Positions 12,441 to 26,272 of a DNA stretch of 63,499 nucleotides are shown in pieces. The notes below the pieces were generated by a model that searched no databases, was not told where the DNA came from, and saw nothing but the letters and a program-made list of their open reading frames with translations. Positions within the stretch are counted from its first letter, which is position 1, and each line of letters opens with the position of its first letter. Source of the stretch: Chiloscyllium plagiosum (taxonomy: Eukaryota); contig NC_057719.1 of NCBI RefSeq assembly GCF_004010195.1, positions 2,946,236-3,009,734 of the forward strand. The letters run 5' to 3'. The position numbers and the translations under genes were made by a program.

Positions 12441-12589
12441 ACAGTTCTAATTGCTCAGTTCTGCTATCATCCTTGTAAAGTATTTTTCAATGTTAATACA
12501 TCCCTTTTTAAAGCACTGAGACTGTAATAATGGCACATTGTAAATTGTTCTCCATTTTTTGAAGGCATTCTGAGAAGCTAGAATGGAAA

Positions 12590-13096
12590 AGCTAATGAGA
12601 TCCAGGATAACTTAGCAAGTTGACCCAAAATTAGTTTAGTGACAGGAGCCAGTCCTTACTGTTTGTGTCATTCATAAATGATAGAGATAATGTGGGGGGA
12701 TATCAAGTAAATTTGCGGATGACTCAAAGGTTGACTGGGAGGTTGATAGTGAGGAGGAAGGTGGTAGGTTGCAGGAGGATATAAATGATTGGTCAGATGG
12801 GCTGATCAGTGGCAAATGAAATTTCTATCCTGATAACTGTGGCTTTGGAAGAAGGAACAAGGCCAGCGAGTACTCAATGAATGGCAGCACACTAGAAAAC
12901 TCAGGGAACAGAGGTGTTTATCCATAGATCCCAAACGTTGCAGGACAGGTTAATAGGTTATTTAAGAAGGCACATGGTACTCTTGCCTTTAACAGTTGTG
13001 GCATAGATTATAAGAGCAGGGAGGTCACATTTGAGCTTTACAGCAATTTGGTTAGGACACAGCTGGAATACTGTCTGCAGTTCTGGCCACTGCACT
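12590..13096 (+). mobile_element. Old CR1 LINE, 5' portion of a split copy (continues at 15680-16075 and 17640-17730)
   Basis: KFADDSK.., LQEDI and QLEYCLQFWPLH at ~13065-13096. The frame resumes at ~15683 as RKDVIVLEGLQRR. Confidence 0.75.
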
Positions 13097-13254
13097 TCAT
13101 TGAATTGAATTTGAATTTCAATTAGCTTTATTGTCACATGTACTCAAATGAGTACAGTGAAAAGTTTATAAATCACAACTTACAGTGCCACCTGAGGTAC
13201 AGAGTTTCTAGGTACAATCCTTAGTTACCGAATAGAAAAATGAAGTAAAAAAGT

Positions 13255-14190
13255 TACATGACAGATGAACACAGTGTAACTGTAGGTCAGTTACATTACA
13301 GATATAGACAGAATAACCGTAGGTCAGTTACGTTATGGATATACACAGGATAATTGTACGTCAGTTCATTACAGATATACACAGAATAACCATAGGTCAG
13401 TTACATTACAGATATACACAGGATAGCCATAGATCAATTACATTACAGATATACACAGAATAGCTGTAGGTCAGTTACATTACAGATATACACAGGATAA
13501 CCGTAGGTCAGTTACATTACAGATACATACAGGATAACCGTAGGTCAGTTACATTACAGATACACACAGGATAACCGTAGGTCAGTTACATTACAGATAC
13601 ATACAGGATAACCGTAGGTCAGTTACATTACAGATACACACCGTGTAACCGTAGGTCAGTTACATTACAGATATACACAGGATAACCGTAGGTCAGTTAC
13701 ATTACAGATACATACAGGATAACCGTAGGTCAGTTACATTACAGATACATACAGGATAACCGTAGGTCAGTTACATTACAGATACATACAGTATAACCAT
13801 AGGTCAGTTACATTACAGATATACACAGGATAACCGTAGGTCAGTTACATTACAGATATACACAATGTAACGGTACGTCAGTTACATTACAGATATGCAC
13901 AGTATAAACATAGGTCAGTTACATTACAGATATACACAATGTAACGGTATGTCAGTTACATTACAGATATGCACAGTATAAACATAGGGCAATTACATTA
14001 CAGATACATACAGGATAACCGTAGGTCAGTTACATTACAAATGTACACAGAATAACCGTAGGTCAGGTACATTATAGATATACACAGAATAACCGTAGAT
14101 CAGTTACATTACAGATATACACAGGATAACCGTAGGTCAGTTACATTACAGATACACAGGATAACCGTACGTCAGTTACATTACAGATAT
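13255..14190. repeat. 37-bp minisatellite, left arm
   Basis: Unit GGATAACCGTAGGTCAGTTACATTACAGATAYAYACA with period 37 (e.g. CCGTAGG at 13501 and 13538), roughly 25 copies. Confidence 0.97.
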
Positions 14191-14191
14191 A

Positions 14192-15300
14192 GAACATTTC
14201 AGCACAGTACAGGCTCTTCGGCCCTCGATGTTGCGCCGACCTGTCATACCAATCTGAAGCCCATCTAACCTACACTATTCCATGCACGTCCATATGCTTG
14301 TACAATGACGACTTAAATGTACTTCAAGTTGGCATATCTACTACCATTGCAGGCAAAGCATTCCATACCCTTACTACTCTCTGAGTAAACAAACTACCTC
14401 TGACATCTGTCCTATATCTATCACCCCTCAATTTAAAGCTATGCCCCCTCGTGCTCGCCGTCACCATACTTGGAAAAAGTCTCTCCCTGTCCACACTATC
14501 TAACCCTCTGATTAACTTATATGTCTCTATTAAGTCACCTCTCAACCTTCTCTCTAACGAAAACTGCCTCAAGTCCCTCAGCCTTTCCTCGTAAGACCTT
14601 CCCTCCATACCTTACCATTAGCCCAGTACTTTGCATTCCAGTTACTCCGACCAAAGTGAATCACCTCACACGTGTCCGCATTAAACTCCATTTGCCACCT
14701 CTAAGCCCAGCTCTGCAGCTTATCTATGTCTCTCTGTAACCTACAACATCCTTCATCACTATTCACAACTCTCGTTTGCAAACTTACTAAGCCACCCGTG
14801 TATTCCCTTATCCAGGTCGTTTATAAAAATGATGAACAACAGTGGACCCAACACTGACCCTTGCGGTACACCACTGGTAACTGGTCTCCAGGATGAACAT
14901 TTCCCATCAACCACTATCCTCTGTCTTCTTTCAGCAAGCCAATTACTGATCCAAACTGCTATATCTCCCACAATCCCATTCCTCCGCATTTTGTACAATA
15001 GCCTACTGTGGGAAACCATTGCAAATGCCTTGCTGAAATCCATATACAGCACATCAACTGGTTTACTCTCATCTACCTGTTTGGTCGCGTTCTCAAAGAA
15101 CTCAATAAGGTTTGTGAGGCATGACCTACCCTTCACAAAATCGTGCTGACTATCCCTAATCAAATTATTCTTTTCTAGATGATTATAAATCCTATCTCTT
15201 ATATCCTTTTCAAACACTTTACCAACAAATGAAGTAAGGTTCACTGGTCTAAAATTACCAGGGTTGTCTCTACCCCCTTTTTGAATAGGGGAACCAGTTC
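14192..15300 (-). mobile_element. CR1 LINE (RT plus 3'UTR, internally deleted) inserted into the minisatellite
   Basis: ORF 14759-15244 [51 protein letters not shown] 14324-14608 is the C-terminus. The 3'UTR points toward 14192. Confidence 0.93.
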
Positions 15301-15304
15301 AGGG

Positions 15305-15620
15305 GAATATACACAGGATAACCATAGGTCAGTTACATTACAGATATACACAATGTAACCGTAGGTCAGTTACATTTCAGATATACACAGGATAGCCGTA
15401 GGTCAGTTACATTACAGATATACACAGGATAACCATAGGTTAATTACATTACAGACATACACAGGATAACCATAGGTCAGTTACATTACAGGTATACACA
15501 GTGTAACCGTAGGTTAGTTACATTTCAGATATACACAGGATAACCGTAGATCAGTTACATTACAGATGTACACAGGATAACCATAGGTCAGTTACATTAC
15601 AGGTATACACAGGATAACCA
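15305..15620. repeat. 37-bp minisatellite, right arm
   Basis: Same unit as 13255-14190, about 8 copies. Confidence 0.95.
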
Positions 15621-15679
15621 AAGTTCAGAACATTAGAAGCAAAGTTAAAAAGACAAACACTGTAGTCTCTCCTTCCAAA

Positions 15680-16075
15680 GGCAGGAAGGATGTGATTGTA
15701 CTGGAGGGGCTGCAAAGGAGATCCACCAGGATTTAACTGGATGGAGCATTTCAACAATGAAGAGAGGCTGGATAAACTCAGGTTGTTTTCTTTGGAGCAG
15801 GGAAGGTTTGGGAGTGTGGGGTATTTCTGATCGAGGTGAATAGGATTATAAGGGGCATGGACAGTGTATATGTAAAGCTGTTCCCTTTAGTCAAAGGGTT
15901 GATAACAAGAGTGCATAATTTTAAAATGAAAGGCAGGAGGTTAGAGGGATGGTGGGTGTCTAGAATGCACTATCTGGGAGGTAATTGAGGGGGAGAACCT
16001 GACAAACTTTACAAAGTACTTGGATGAGAACTTGAAGTGTGATAACATTCTATGGTATGTGCCTGGACCTGAGTA
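15680..16075 (+). mobile_element. CR1 LINE 3' portion (continuation of 12590-13096)
   Basis: RKDVIVLEG..EERLDKLRLFSLEQ..ITRVHNFK motifs. Confidence 0.75.
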
Positions 16076-16077
16076 TG

Positions 16078-17640
16078 GTGGCCATCACCAAGAAGAAGGT
16101 ACTAGAAAAACTGAATGGCCTGAAGGTGGTCTACACCCCAAAGTTCTAAGGGAGATAGCTAAAGAGATAGTGGAAGCATTAGTGGTGATCTTTCAGGAAT
16201 CGCTAGAATCAGAGAACGGTCCCAGAGGATTGGAAAATCACTAACATGCCACCTCTGTTTAAAAAGGGAGCAAGGCAAAAGACGGAAAATTACAGACTGA
16301 GTAGTATAACCTTGGTCATGGGTAAGTTCCTGGAAATCATTGTGAAGGATGAGATTTCTGAATACTTGGAAGTGCATAGTGAAATAGGGCGGAGTCAGCA
16401 TGGTTTCATCAAGGGGAGGTCATGCCTGACAAATCTGCTAGAATTCTTTGAGGAAGTAAAAGCAGGTTAGACCAAGGAGAGCCAATGGATGTTCTCAACT
16501 TGGACTTCAAGAAGGCCTTCAACAAAGTGCCGCATACGAGGCTACTGAGTAAGATAAAGGCACATGGCATTAAAGGCAAGGTTCTAGCAGGGATAGAAGC
16601 TTGGCTGTCTGGCAGAGAGTGGGGACTGAAGGGTCCTTCTCAGGATGGCAGCTGGTGACAAATAGTGTTCCACAAGGCTCAGTGGTGGGACCACAACTTT
16701 TCATTTTATATATTAACGATACTAAGGGCATTCTGGCTATGTTTGCAGATGATACAAAGATAGGTGGAGGGACAGGTAATATTGAGAGATGCTGCAGAAG
16801 GATTTGGACAGATTAGGAGAGTGGGCAAAGAAGTAGCAGATAGAATACAACATAGGAAAGTGTGCGATCATGCACTTTGGTAGGAAGAATAGAGGCATGG
16901 ACTGTTTTCTAAAGGGGGAGAAAATTCATAAGTCTGAAGTGCAAAAAGACTTGGGAGTTCTAGTCCAGAATTCTCTCAAGGTAAACTTGCAGGTTGAATC
17001 AGTAGTTAGGAAGGCAAATGCAATGATAGCATTTATTTTGAGAGGACTTGAAAATAAAAGCAGGGATGTAGATCTGAGGCTCTATAAGGCTCTGGTCAGA
17101 CCACATTTGGAGTATTGTACACAGTTTTAGGCCCCATATCTCAGGAAGAGTGCACTGGCGCTGGAGCGTGTTCAGAGGAGGTTCACGAGAATGGTCCCAG
17201 AAATGAAAAGCTTATCATATGAGGACCATTTGAGGACTCTGGGTCCATACTTGATGGTGTTTTGAAGGATGAGGGGGATCTAATTGAAACATACAGAATA
17301 CTGAATGGCCTGGACAGAGTGAATGTAAGAAGATGTTTCCATTGATAGGAGAGACAAGGCACAGCCTTAGAGTAAAGGGGAGACCTTTTAGGACCGAGAT
17401 AAGGAGAAACTTCTTCAGCCAGAGAGTGGGGAATCTATGGAATTCATTGCCAGAGAAGGCTGTGGAGGCCAGGTCATTGAGTATATTTAAGACTGAGATA
17501 GCTAGGTCCTTGAGTATCAAGGGTTATGGTCAGAAAGTAGGAGGATAAGGTTGAGAATTTACCAGTCATGATTGAATGCAGAGCAGACTCAATGGGCTGA
17601 ATGGCCTAATGTCTGCTCCTATATCTTATGGTCTTATGTA
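16078..17640 (+). mobile_element. CR1 LINE, 5'-truncated (RT through 3'UTR)
   Basis: [71 protein letters not shown]. Tail ATCTTATGGTCTTATG. Confidence 0.93.
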
Positions 17641-18779
17641 AGTGGGACTAGTATAGGTTGTGATATACTTTAGATGATACAGAATCAGTGGACTGAAGGC
17701 CTCTTCGGTACAGTATGATTCTATGATTCCATCAGCTTTGCACAGATTCACTGTCACAAATCTTTCATTCCAGTTCAGTCTAGGCTAATGATACCATATA
17801 GGCAATAATACCCAACATCTCTTCAGCAGAAGATAAGCTCAATCGTGTTGAACAATAGTTAGGCTTATGTCATTACTCAGTAGCTAGGTACATTATATTT
17901 AAGATGCATAATATTCCTTTGTGACAGATCAGGCTCAAATTAAGATTAAGAATACATTGCCATATTAACTGTATTTGTAAATATTAAGAGCAATCACTGA
18001 AACACCAGAAACATTGGTGAATGCATGCAAAACTTGTTCAGCACTGGTTAGCTCCTATCAAAACAGTTCTTTCTTTCCAAATTCATGGAACTGATTTTGT
18101 GATCATTTAGCCCTTTCAGGTACTAACTGCCCTGTACAACAAAGACCATGCTGGGCAAAATTTAACAACTTCAGAAAAAAGTCATGAGGATCGTGATGAG
18201 CTATTGAATCATACCTATTTGTTCCTCTACAGGCAGCATTCAAATTTTTCTGCTAATTTAAACAGCAAAGCATGCAGCTAAATGTGCTGTTAAGTGGCTG
18301 TCAGCATCAGAAACTGAATGTATGCAGGTTTTGCGCAATTGAAACCTACTATGAACTACTTCAAGTCGGCTTGCACCAGTGAAAGTGAAGGTGGATTTAG
18401 CTGCAGGAGGTGGCTTGGGAGGACATTCTGAGCAGGAAGAAAAGTGATATGGGTGTTACAGCATTTATTGCCCATCTCTATTTGCCCAGAGGGCAGTTAA
18501 GAGCAAACTACATTGCAGTTGGTCTGGAGTCACTTGTAGGCCAAGCTAACTAAGGACAACAATTTCCTTCCCTGAAGGGCCTGAGAGAACCAGACTGTTT
18601 TTTCCTGACAATTGACAATTAGGCACTTAATTCCAGATTTTTAAAATTGAATTCAAATTCCACCATCTGCCATGGCAGGATTCTGAATACTGTTGGGTCG
18701 CTGGATTAATGGTTTAAGCAACAATACTACGAGGCCATTGATTCCCACCTAAGGCTACAAGGCAGTGAGAGAATTGAGA

Positions 18780-19005
18780 ACATAGACATAGGAGCAGGAG
18801 TAGGCCATTTGGCCCGCTCTGCCAATCAGTATAACAATGGCTGATCATCCAGCTCAGTACATTGTTCCCACTTTCTCCCCCAGCTCTGATTCCTTTAGCG
18901 CTAAGAACTATACCTAATGCCTTCTTAAAAACATTCAATGGTTTGGTTTCAGCTCTCAGTAATGGAGAATTCCCTAGGCACATCACACTCTGGCTCCTCA
19001 TCTCC
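18780..19005 (-). mobile_element. CR1 LINE 3' end
   Basis: Inverted 3'UTR CATAGACATAGGAGCAGGAGTAGGCCATT and WNS..LNVFKK-type motifs. Confidence 0.75.
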
Positions 19006-19014
19006 TTTATTCTC

Positions 19015-20015
19015 TCATAGAGTCATAGATTCATAGAGATGTACAGCACGAAAACAGACCCTTCGGTCCAACTCGTCCATGCTGACCAGATACCCTAACC
19101 TAATCTAGTCCCATTTGCCAGTACGTGGCCCATATCCTTCTAAACCCTTCTTATTCATATACCCATCCAGATGCCTTTTAAATGTTGTAATTGTACCAGC
19201 CTCCACCACTTCCTCTGGCAGCTCATTCCATGCACTCCACCCTCTGCATGAGAATGTTGCCCCTTAGGTCCGTTCAGAATTTTTCCCCTCTCACCCTAAA
19301 CCTATGCCCTCTAGTTCTGGACTCCCCATCCCATGAAAAAGACATTGTCTATTTACCCTAACCATGCCTCTCGTGAATTTACAAATCTCTATAAGGTCAC
19401 CCCTCAGCCTCCAGCACTCCAGGGAAAACAGCCCCAGCCTATTCAGCCTCTCCCTGTAGCTCAAACCCTCCAACCCTGGCAACATCCTTGTAAATATTTT
19501 CTGAACCCTTCCAAGTTTCACAGCATCCTTCTAATAGCAAGGAGAGCAGAATTGCATGTAATATTCCAAAAGTAGTCTAACCAATGTCCTGTACAGTGGC
19601 AACATAACCTCCTAACCCGTATACTCAATACTCTGTCCAATAAAAGAAAGCATACCAAACACCTCCTTCATGATCCTATCTACTTACAGCTCCACTACCA
19701 AGAAACAATGAACCTGCACTCCAAGGTCTCTTTGTTCAGCAACATAACCCTGGACCTTCCCATTAAGTGTATAAGTCCTGCCCTGATTTGCCTTTCCAAA
19801 ATGCAGCACCTCACATTTATCTAAATTAAACTCTATCTGCCACTGCTCAACCCATTGGCCCATCTGGTCAAGATCCTGTTGTTCTCTGAGGTAACCTTCT
19901 TCACTGTCCACTACACCTCCAATTTTGGTGTCATCTGCAAACTTACTAACTATACCTCCTATGTTCACATCCAAATCATTTATATAAATGACAAAAAGCA
20001 GTGGACCCAGCACCA
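19015..20015 (-). mobile_element. CR1 LINE (RT C-terminal half plus 3'UTR)
   Basis: ORF 19684-20016 VLGPLLFVIYINDLD..KFADDTKIGG and ORF 19291-19521. (GACTCTAT)n-type tail at ~19016. Confidence 0.93.
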
Positions 20016-23000
20016 AAAATGTGGAAAAGTGCTCACTTATAATAGCCTTGAGGTAGACGGGTGAATCTTGAGGTAGATCAATTCTCTAACTGTAGAAGAC
20101 ATGCAACCATCCAGACAAATGTTGTGAAAGCTGTAGTACTAGATAAGCTTCATTGCAGCCCTAAAGATCAATAATACCCTCCTACACATGGTCAATGTTA
20201 ATATATTTGTGTTTGCATACCATATCCAAAAAAAAGAATTATTAGATTTTGCAAATGCCGAATGCTCCACCCCCCCCTTCACTGACCTACCAACAATTTC
20301 TGTCAACCATGTTTCGTACACGCACAGCTTCACCTCACCTTCACATACTGAGCCTGCTAAAATCCTCATTCTCATTTCATACAGCTTACATACACACTGT
20401 CAGTTATTCAACTATGACAGCCACGTCACTCAAACATATTGCACTCATACACTGACACAAATCCCTGTGTTGTAGAGCACACAGCATCCTAAGCAGCAGC
20501 AATGAACCAGCAAGGAAAAGGCATAGTTGTATATCTTCACCTCGAGATGAGAGACAGTGATGCCATCACTGGAGTGATCATGACTGATACCAGCAGTGTG
20601 GCTGAACATAAAAAAAAACAGAGGCGGACCATGTGAGCCACCAAAGACCACACGTTCCTCAAGCTCCCTCTGCCATTCAATATAATCACGGTTGATGTTT
20701 GATATTTAAAGCATTGAAGATATTCTCATGGTCACACCCAACCCTCCTTCTCACATCCCAGTTACCCCTCATCTCATTAACCCTTTGGGTTTACAAGCAA
20801 CAGTTCAATGATGCACGTCTTGATTTCCCTCAACAGAATCACAGAACTGTTACAACACAGAGGCATTTTGGCCCATCATGTCTAAATTGGCTCTCCAAAT
20901 GAACAATTTACTCAGCGTTGTTCTCCTGACTCTCATTGTAACCATTTTCATTTTTCCTTGTCAGCTAACAGTTTACTTCTTTTTGCAATGCCTTGACCCA
21001 AACAGCCTCACAACTGGAATTCCTCATCCCCTCTAGGCGGTTTCCCCTCAGATATACTCAGCATGTTACCCACAGTAAGACACAAAGGCAGAAGGCATTG
21101 TAGCCAGTGGTTGGAAATAGCTTCTTGTGCATGATACTGACTGCTGGTGGGGTTGTCAGCGTTGCAGTGCTGCTGACTCAATTGCTGGGATGTGGATGAC
21201 TCTGCATCCACGGAGGATCCCAGTCTTCTGCAAGGTCATGGATTCTGTCCCCATAGAGGGTGAGGACACAGATATTGGCATACATCATCCCTGCCCCCCA
21301 CCCTGCTCCTGTAATGCAACATCTTCTCCTGAAATTTAAAAATGGCAAATGATGAAGACACAAGTGGATGGCATGGCTGTTATGGCCGGTACATGGTGAG
21401 ACAGGTGTTGCTGTATTCCAAAGCAGTGTGGAGGTAGCATGGAGAGGAGTGCACAGTGAGTAGTGAGGAGGATGCATGTGATGACAGCAAATGAGGAAAG
21501 TTGTTGCATGTGGCAGGGGAATGTTGGAGCCTTAATGTGAAGTTGATGTGTTTATATAGATACAGTGAGTATGAAGTCGTAGTGAGCAGAGCATGATACT
21601 TGCCTTGATGGTCTAGAGAAGATCAATGACCTTCTTTTGGCACCGCAGCCTGGTCCTCCACATCCTTGAGATAGCATTGACTTGAGTAGCATGGTGTAGT
21701 GGTGCAGCCTTCTGTAATAAACCTCCTGTGGTAAAAGAACACCTCTATCAACCGAAACTCCAGGTTCCTGTTCGAGAAACATGTTGCCAACCTCCTCCTT
21801 CTCAGCCATCACTCTTCAGTCCTCACCAGCAGCTTCCAAAAGCAGCACTCCTCCAGGTGCACATAGCGCAAAGTCAGCATGGACCTAAGGAATGCTGGTC
21901 TTAGAGTGGATATCTGCTGGATAGTGAGTTATTTCAAGAAAGGTACACTGTAAGATGTTGCAAAAACTCTGAGTGTAGGCGGAATCAGCAATTATTGCAT
22001 TGAGTTTACATTACGGCGAGAAAACCTACTGCGTCTCATGGTGAGATTCCCTCCAACTAACACGTTGCAATTTGTAAGTAGCCAAAAAAGCATAAGATTC
22101 AGCCGCTTTAGCTGTGATCATGTGTGTCTTGTCTGAAGGTAGATCTCAAACTCTAATGATACTTCATCCTGATCCATTGTCTTGGTAGTTTGTGTTGGAG
22201 ATGCTTTCCCATTATCTCCTAGTCACACGTACAGGTGAGAAAGTAAGCCCCCAATCTACCTCAGCCAGAATAGCAATTGAATCCACAGAGTTAGCATTAT
22301 TTTGAGCTGTTTGTTAGCCATTTAGTCAGCTGAGCTAATCAACATTCAATAAAATGGAATCAAAACATAAATTGTTGGAAAAACACTATTGGTCAGGTAG
22401 CATTGGCAAGACAAATAAGGAAAATATTTTACACCAATAAAATTTCAGAAATGCAAATAAAAAGATAGGGGTCTAATAAATTTTAATGTAAAAGTATATA
22501 ATGCATGAATATATGTGATTGGTGTGTTTGTTGGGGTGGGGTGATGGAGGAGTTCATAGAGTCATAGAGATGTACAGCATGGACAAGCAGACAAAAGTTA
22601 ATTAAATAACAATTCCTCTGCTCAACGTTTGTGTCAATTAGTTTAGATTCATTCAATATATTTACATTGTCAAATTATTTTTTATTGTGACTACATAACC
22701 GATGTTTCTGCCCAGGGTATGACAGATGGTACAGTTTGGTAATGACAAGTATCATCTATTATTAAACTTTTTAGGGCCAATTTCTTAACTAGACCACTGT
22801 GGCCAATTCCTGTGAATAAACACAGCCTGACATTCACATTCAGTGGCTGTTTGGGGAGAGACGTTTGCAGATTGCATAGCTCCTGTAAATCACAGGCTGC
22901 ATTTCAAAAGATTCCAGAATGAAATTATTTGTCCCTTTCTCGTGGGTTTTTGGGTTGTGATGTTGGAAATATATTGAACTTTGCAAATATTGTCATTTGG

Positions 23001-23040
23001 TAAATGCGATATCATTTGATTATTGGGCACTGTAGTTGAT

Positions 23041-23175
23041 AAAAACGGAAAGAATTGTGGATGCGGTAAATCAGAAACAAAAACAGCAATTGTTGGAAAA
23101 GCTCAGCAGGTCCAGCAGAATCTGTGGAGAAAAATGAGACTTAACGTTTTGGGTTGAGTGACCCTTCCTCAGTAC
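23041..23175 (-). mobile_element. Penelope-like terminal repeat inserted in unique sequence
   Basis: Minus CTGAGGAAGGGTCACTCAACCCAAAACGTTAAG...CTGCTGAGCTTTTCCAAC. Same family as 10370 and 24985-25140. Confidence 0.7.
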
Positions 23176-25966
23176 TGTAGGTGATCTTGTTTCACCAAGT
23201 AGTGTCCCCACTAATTACACTCTTTATGTGCGTGGTAAGCATCTATTTTACACCATCTCCCATAAATAATCCCCAAAGTCGTGGGCGTCAATTACACAGG
23301 ATGCCTCTTCCAACATATTGAGAGCTAGAATGAACAAATCAACAAGCTTTTTGTACCTCATTAAAATACGATTACCGTAATAACTTAATTCTCTCTACTT
23401 AGAGTTTTAAAATCTCTACTGATTTCAAAGAAATTTAAGTTAATTAAGTGTATGCTACCCCACAGCTCACTAGATATGCCAAGTTGTCAGATATTGGCAA
23501 TATTCTGTCAGGAGTGCAATGAACATGTGACTGAGTAACATGATTTGCTCGTGGTGAAGGATTTTATTTTATTGTCCTGATTCCTTTCTTTAGAATGATG
23601 ATAACTATTGATGTTACTGAAAAATTCGGCCTTGACGCACTTTTGGTGCTAAAGCAGGCCCGACACAGCCTTTGTTTCTTGACCTTTGCCATGCCCTTCT
23701 TATTATGGACTGCATGTACCACTCTGACTGCTGTAAGTAGGGAATATATCTGCTCTCCCACTGGAGTCATTAGCTAGCTACTAAAAGCAAATAGTCTCAT
23801 TTTTTCTACTTTCTATCCCAGAGGCATAGACTCAATTGTAGCACTACCAACTGTTACTCTAGCTGAGGCCAGCCAGATCATTGTAGCTTAGGGATTGATC
23901 TTGGGACATTTCATGTTTTTACATATCAGCGTTAATAATCTTTACATTTTGATAGCAACTATCACTGAGGCATTTCAAAGGGAAGAATATTGGTGAAGGC
24001 ATAAAAAACATCTTTGTATTGTTATCTCAGTCTCCTAACTGAAGTCATTGACTCAAAAATTGATTTTGCATGATAATGTACATAATATTACTCCTAAATG
24101 ATAATTGTCTGTGCTTGTTTTGTGTTTGACTTGTCAATGGGTCCTATAAAATGATTGCATTCAAATTGCATAGAAATGCTGAGAAATCACAATACAGAAA
24201 ATGACCATTGAACTCAACTGGGTTCTGTCAGCATTTACAAATATTTTCACTGGTATTTATCCACCCTTGCATCATTCCTTTCCCTTTTCCATCTATGCAA
24301 TCTCAACATCAACATATGACAGAGTTTTGCTTCAATCATTAAGTGATGAATTCCACAGCCTCACAACTCTTTATGAACATATTTTGCCTGCTCACTGTTC
24401 TGAGCCTGTTACATTTAACCTACTGCCTTTAACTTTAGACCTTTCAATGACTGGAAATAATTTGATTCTATCCACTTATCCAACCTTACAGCAGAACAAT
24501 ATGCCATTCAGATTAACCTCTTTGTAACCTTAATGCCCAGAGAATAAAAGTTCCAGTCTGCTGAATTTGCCCTGATAGTTATCACCTCAAATTGTGACAT
24601 CATCCTTGGAAATCTTTTTCTTGTACACCTTCTCCAATTAATGCATATTCATGGTCCATGCACACATCCTTCCATCCTATTTTGTCAGTAGAATCCTTCC
24701 TCCTTCATGCTCCTTTCCTTTAGAAGCATTTATGCTGTTCACTCCAATGAGTGCATGACAGGTTGAGTTTTACTTTCTGAATAAAGATACCCTCTTGAAT
24801 TTCCAACTAGATTTACGAATGAATAAATGAATGGATGATTGATTTATTGTCTCACACACACACATATATATATATAAAATAACATATATGGAGGGAGATA
24901 GGCTGAAAAGTGATCTGTTACCACAATTCGGTGCCATTTTGAAGTAGAAAAGTGTAAAAAGGAAGTATTTAAAGAGAGTAATAACTTAACGTTTCGGGTC
25001 AAGTGAGCCTTCCTCAGAACAACTCAACCCGAAACAACAACTCTGATTTCTCTCCAAAGAAGCTGCCAGACTGCTGAGCTTTTCCAGCAATTTCTGTTTT
25101 TGTTTCTTATTTCCAACATCCACAATTGTTTAAGTTTTTATTTTGCACTTAAATAGAGTTGACCTTCATCAGCTCCCAAACACGGCTCCAGGACTTCTGC
25201 AAGGTCCCCACTCTGGGCCTACTCCAGCCAGGGGCCTCTGCTCCGGGCACTGAAACTGCCACAGTGGACATCCCACCGGTGCCGACTCAATCCCTGTTTG
25301 GGCCTACCACAGCAGGAGTCCTCGCTCCACTATCGCTGCAGTCACTACTATTCCAGGAGGCCAGGCAGGGGGCCTATCAACCAGGAGTCACTGCTCTGGC
25401 CTTCCAGTGATGTCAGGAGGTTGAAGAAAAGAAAAAGGGAAAAGACAAAAGGAAGAGAGAGAAAAAGTATGTGGCCAGCCTAGAGTGGACAGGCCCAGTC
25501 CAAACACTGCCTACTCTGCAGGTGACACCATCTTATTGATCCTATTTATTGGTAGTTGTCTTATATTCATGCACGCTAGCTCTTCTCTCTTCCACAGTTA
25601 GACACAACTTGTCAGTGACTGCAGGTACTCATAGACAAGGAGCAAGAGGGGTTGACAACAAAGTTACACAGATCAGGAAGAAAATCTCTTTGAACATAGA
25701 AGTGGAAATCAATGCCATGAGGAACACTTGCAGACCCAACCATGATGCAGTGCTTGTCTCAGCTTCTTGTTACAGCACAAGCAGTAGTCATACAATGTTT
25801 GAGTCTTTGCATCAGAAGCTCAGACTGAAGACATGTAAACTCAGTTTGCTGCCATGTAGCCTCAGACTGTTGCTATCGTGGCTGTGAATAGCAGTGCTTG
25901 AAGCAACTTCCAGGGCCTCAGACCTGTCCAGACAGCTGTCCTCAAACAGATTGCGAAGATTGCTAG

Positions 25967-26272
25967 GGCGGCACGGTGGCTCAGTGGTTAGCCCTGCTGC
26001 CTCACAGCACCAGGGACCCAGGTTCAATTCCAACCTTGGGCGACTGTCTGTGCGGTGTTTGGACATTCTCCCCGTGTCTGCGTGGGTTTCCTCCGGGTGC
26101 TCCATATTCCTCCCACAATCCAAAGGTCAGGTGAATTGGCCATGCTAAACTGCCCATAGTACTAGGTACATTAGTCAGGGGTAAATATAGGACAGGGGAA
26201 TGGGTCTGGGGTGTTACACTTCAGAGGGTCGGTATGGACTTGTTTCCACACTGTCGGGAATCTAATCTAATC
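25967..26272 (+). mobile_element. HE1-like V-SINE inserted in a putative exon remnant
   Basis: GGGCGGCACGGTGGCTCAGTGGTTAGC head, V-domain, (AATCT)n tail. Confidence 0.92.

Larger units (their letters stand above)
18153..22105 (-). mobile_element. Decayed Harbinger/PIF-type DNA transposon carrying a Myb/SANT remnant, interrupted by CR1 insertions
   Basis: Minus 21810-21600 reads MAEKEEVGNMFLEQE..SVDRGVLLPQE..RRLHHYT, then after a frameshift ATQVNAISRMWRTRLRCQKKVIDLL. That resembles a Myb/SANT (MSANTD/NAIF1-like) helix 2-3. Imperfect inverted termini: GGGCAAAATTT (18153) and AAGATTCAGCC (~22094-22104). Confidence 0.55.

Noticed and set aside
13255..15620. 37-bp repeats of CRISPR-like length
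   Set aside because: The units are head-to-tail with no unique spacers, there are no cas genes, and the context is vertebrate transposons. It is a minisatellite.
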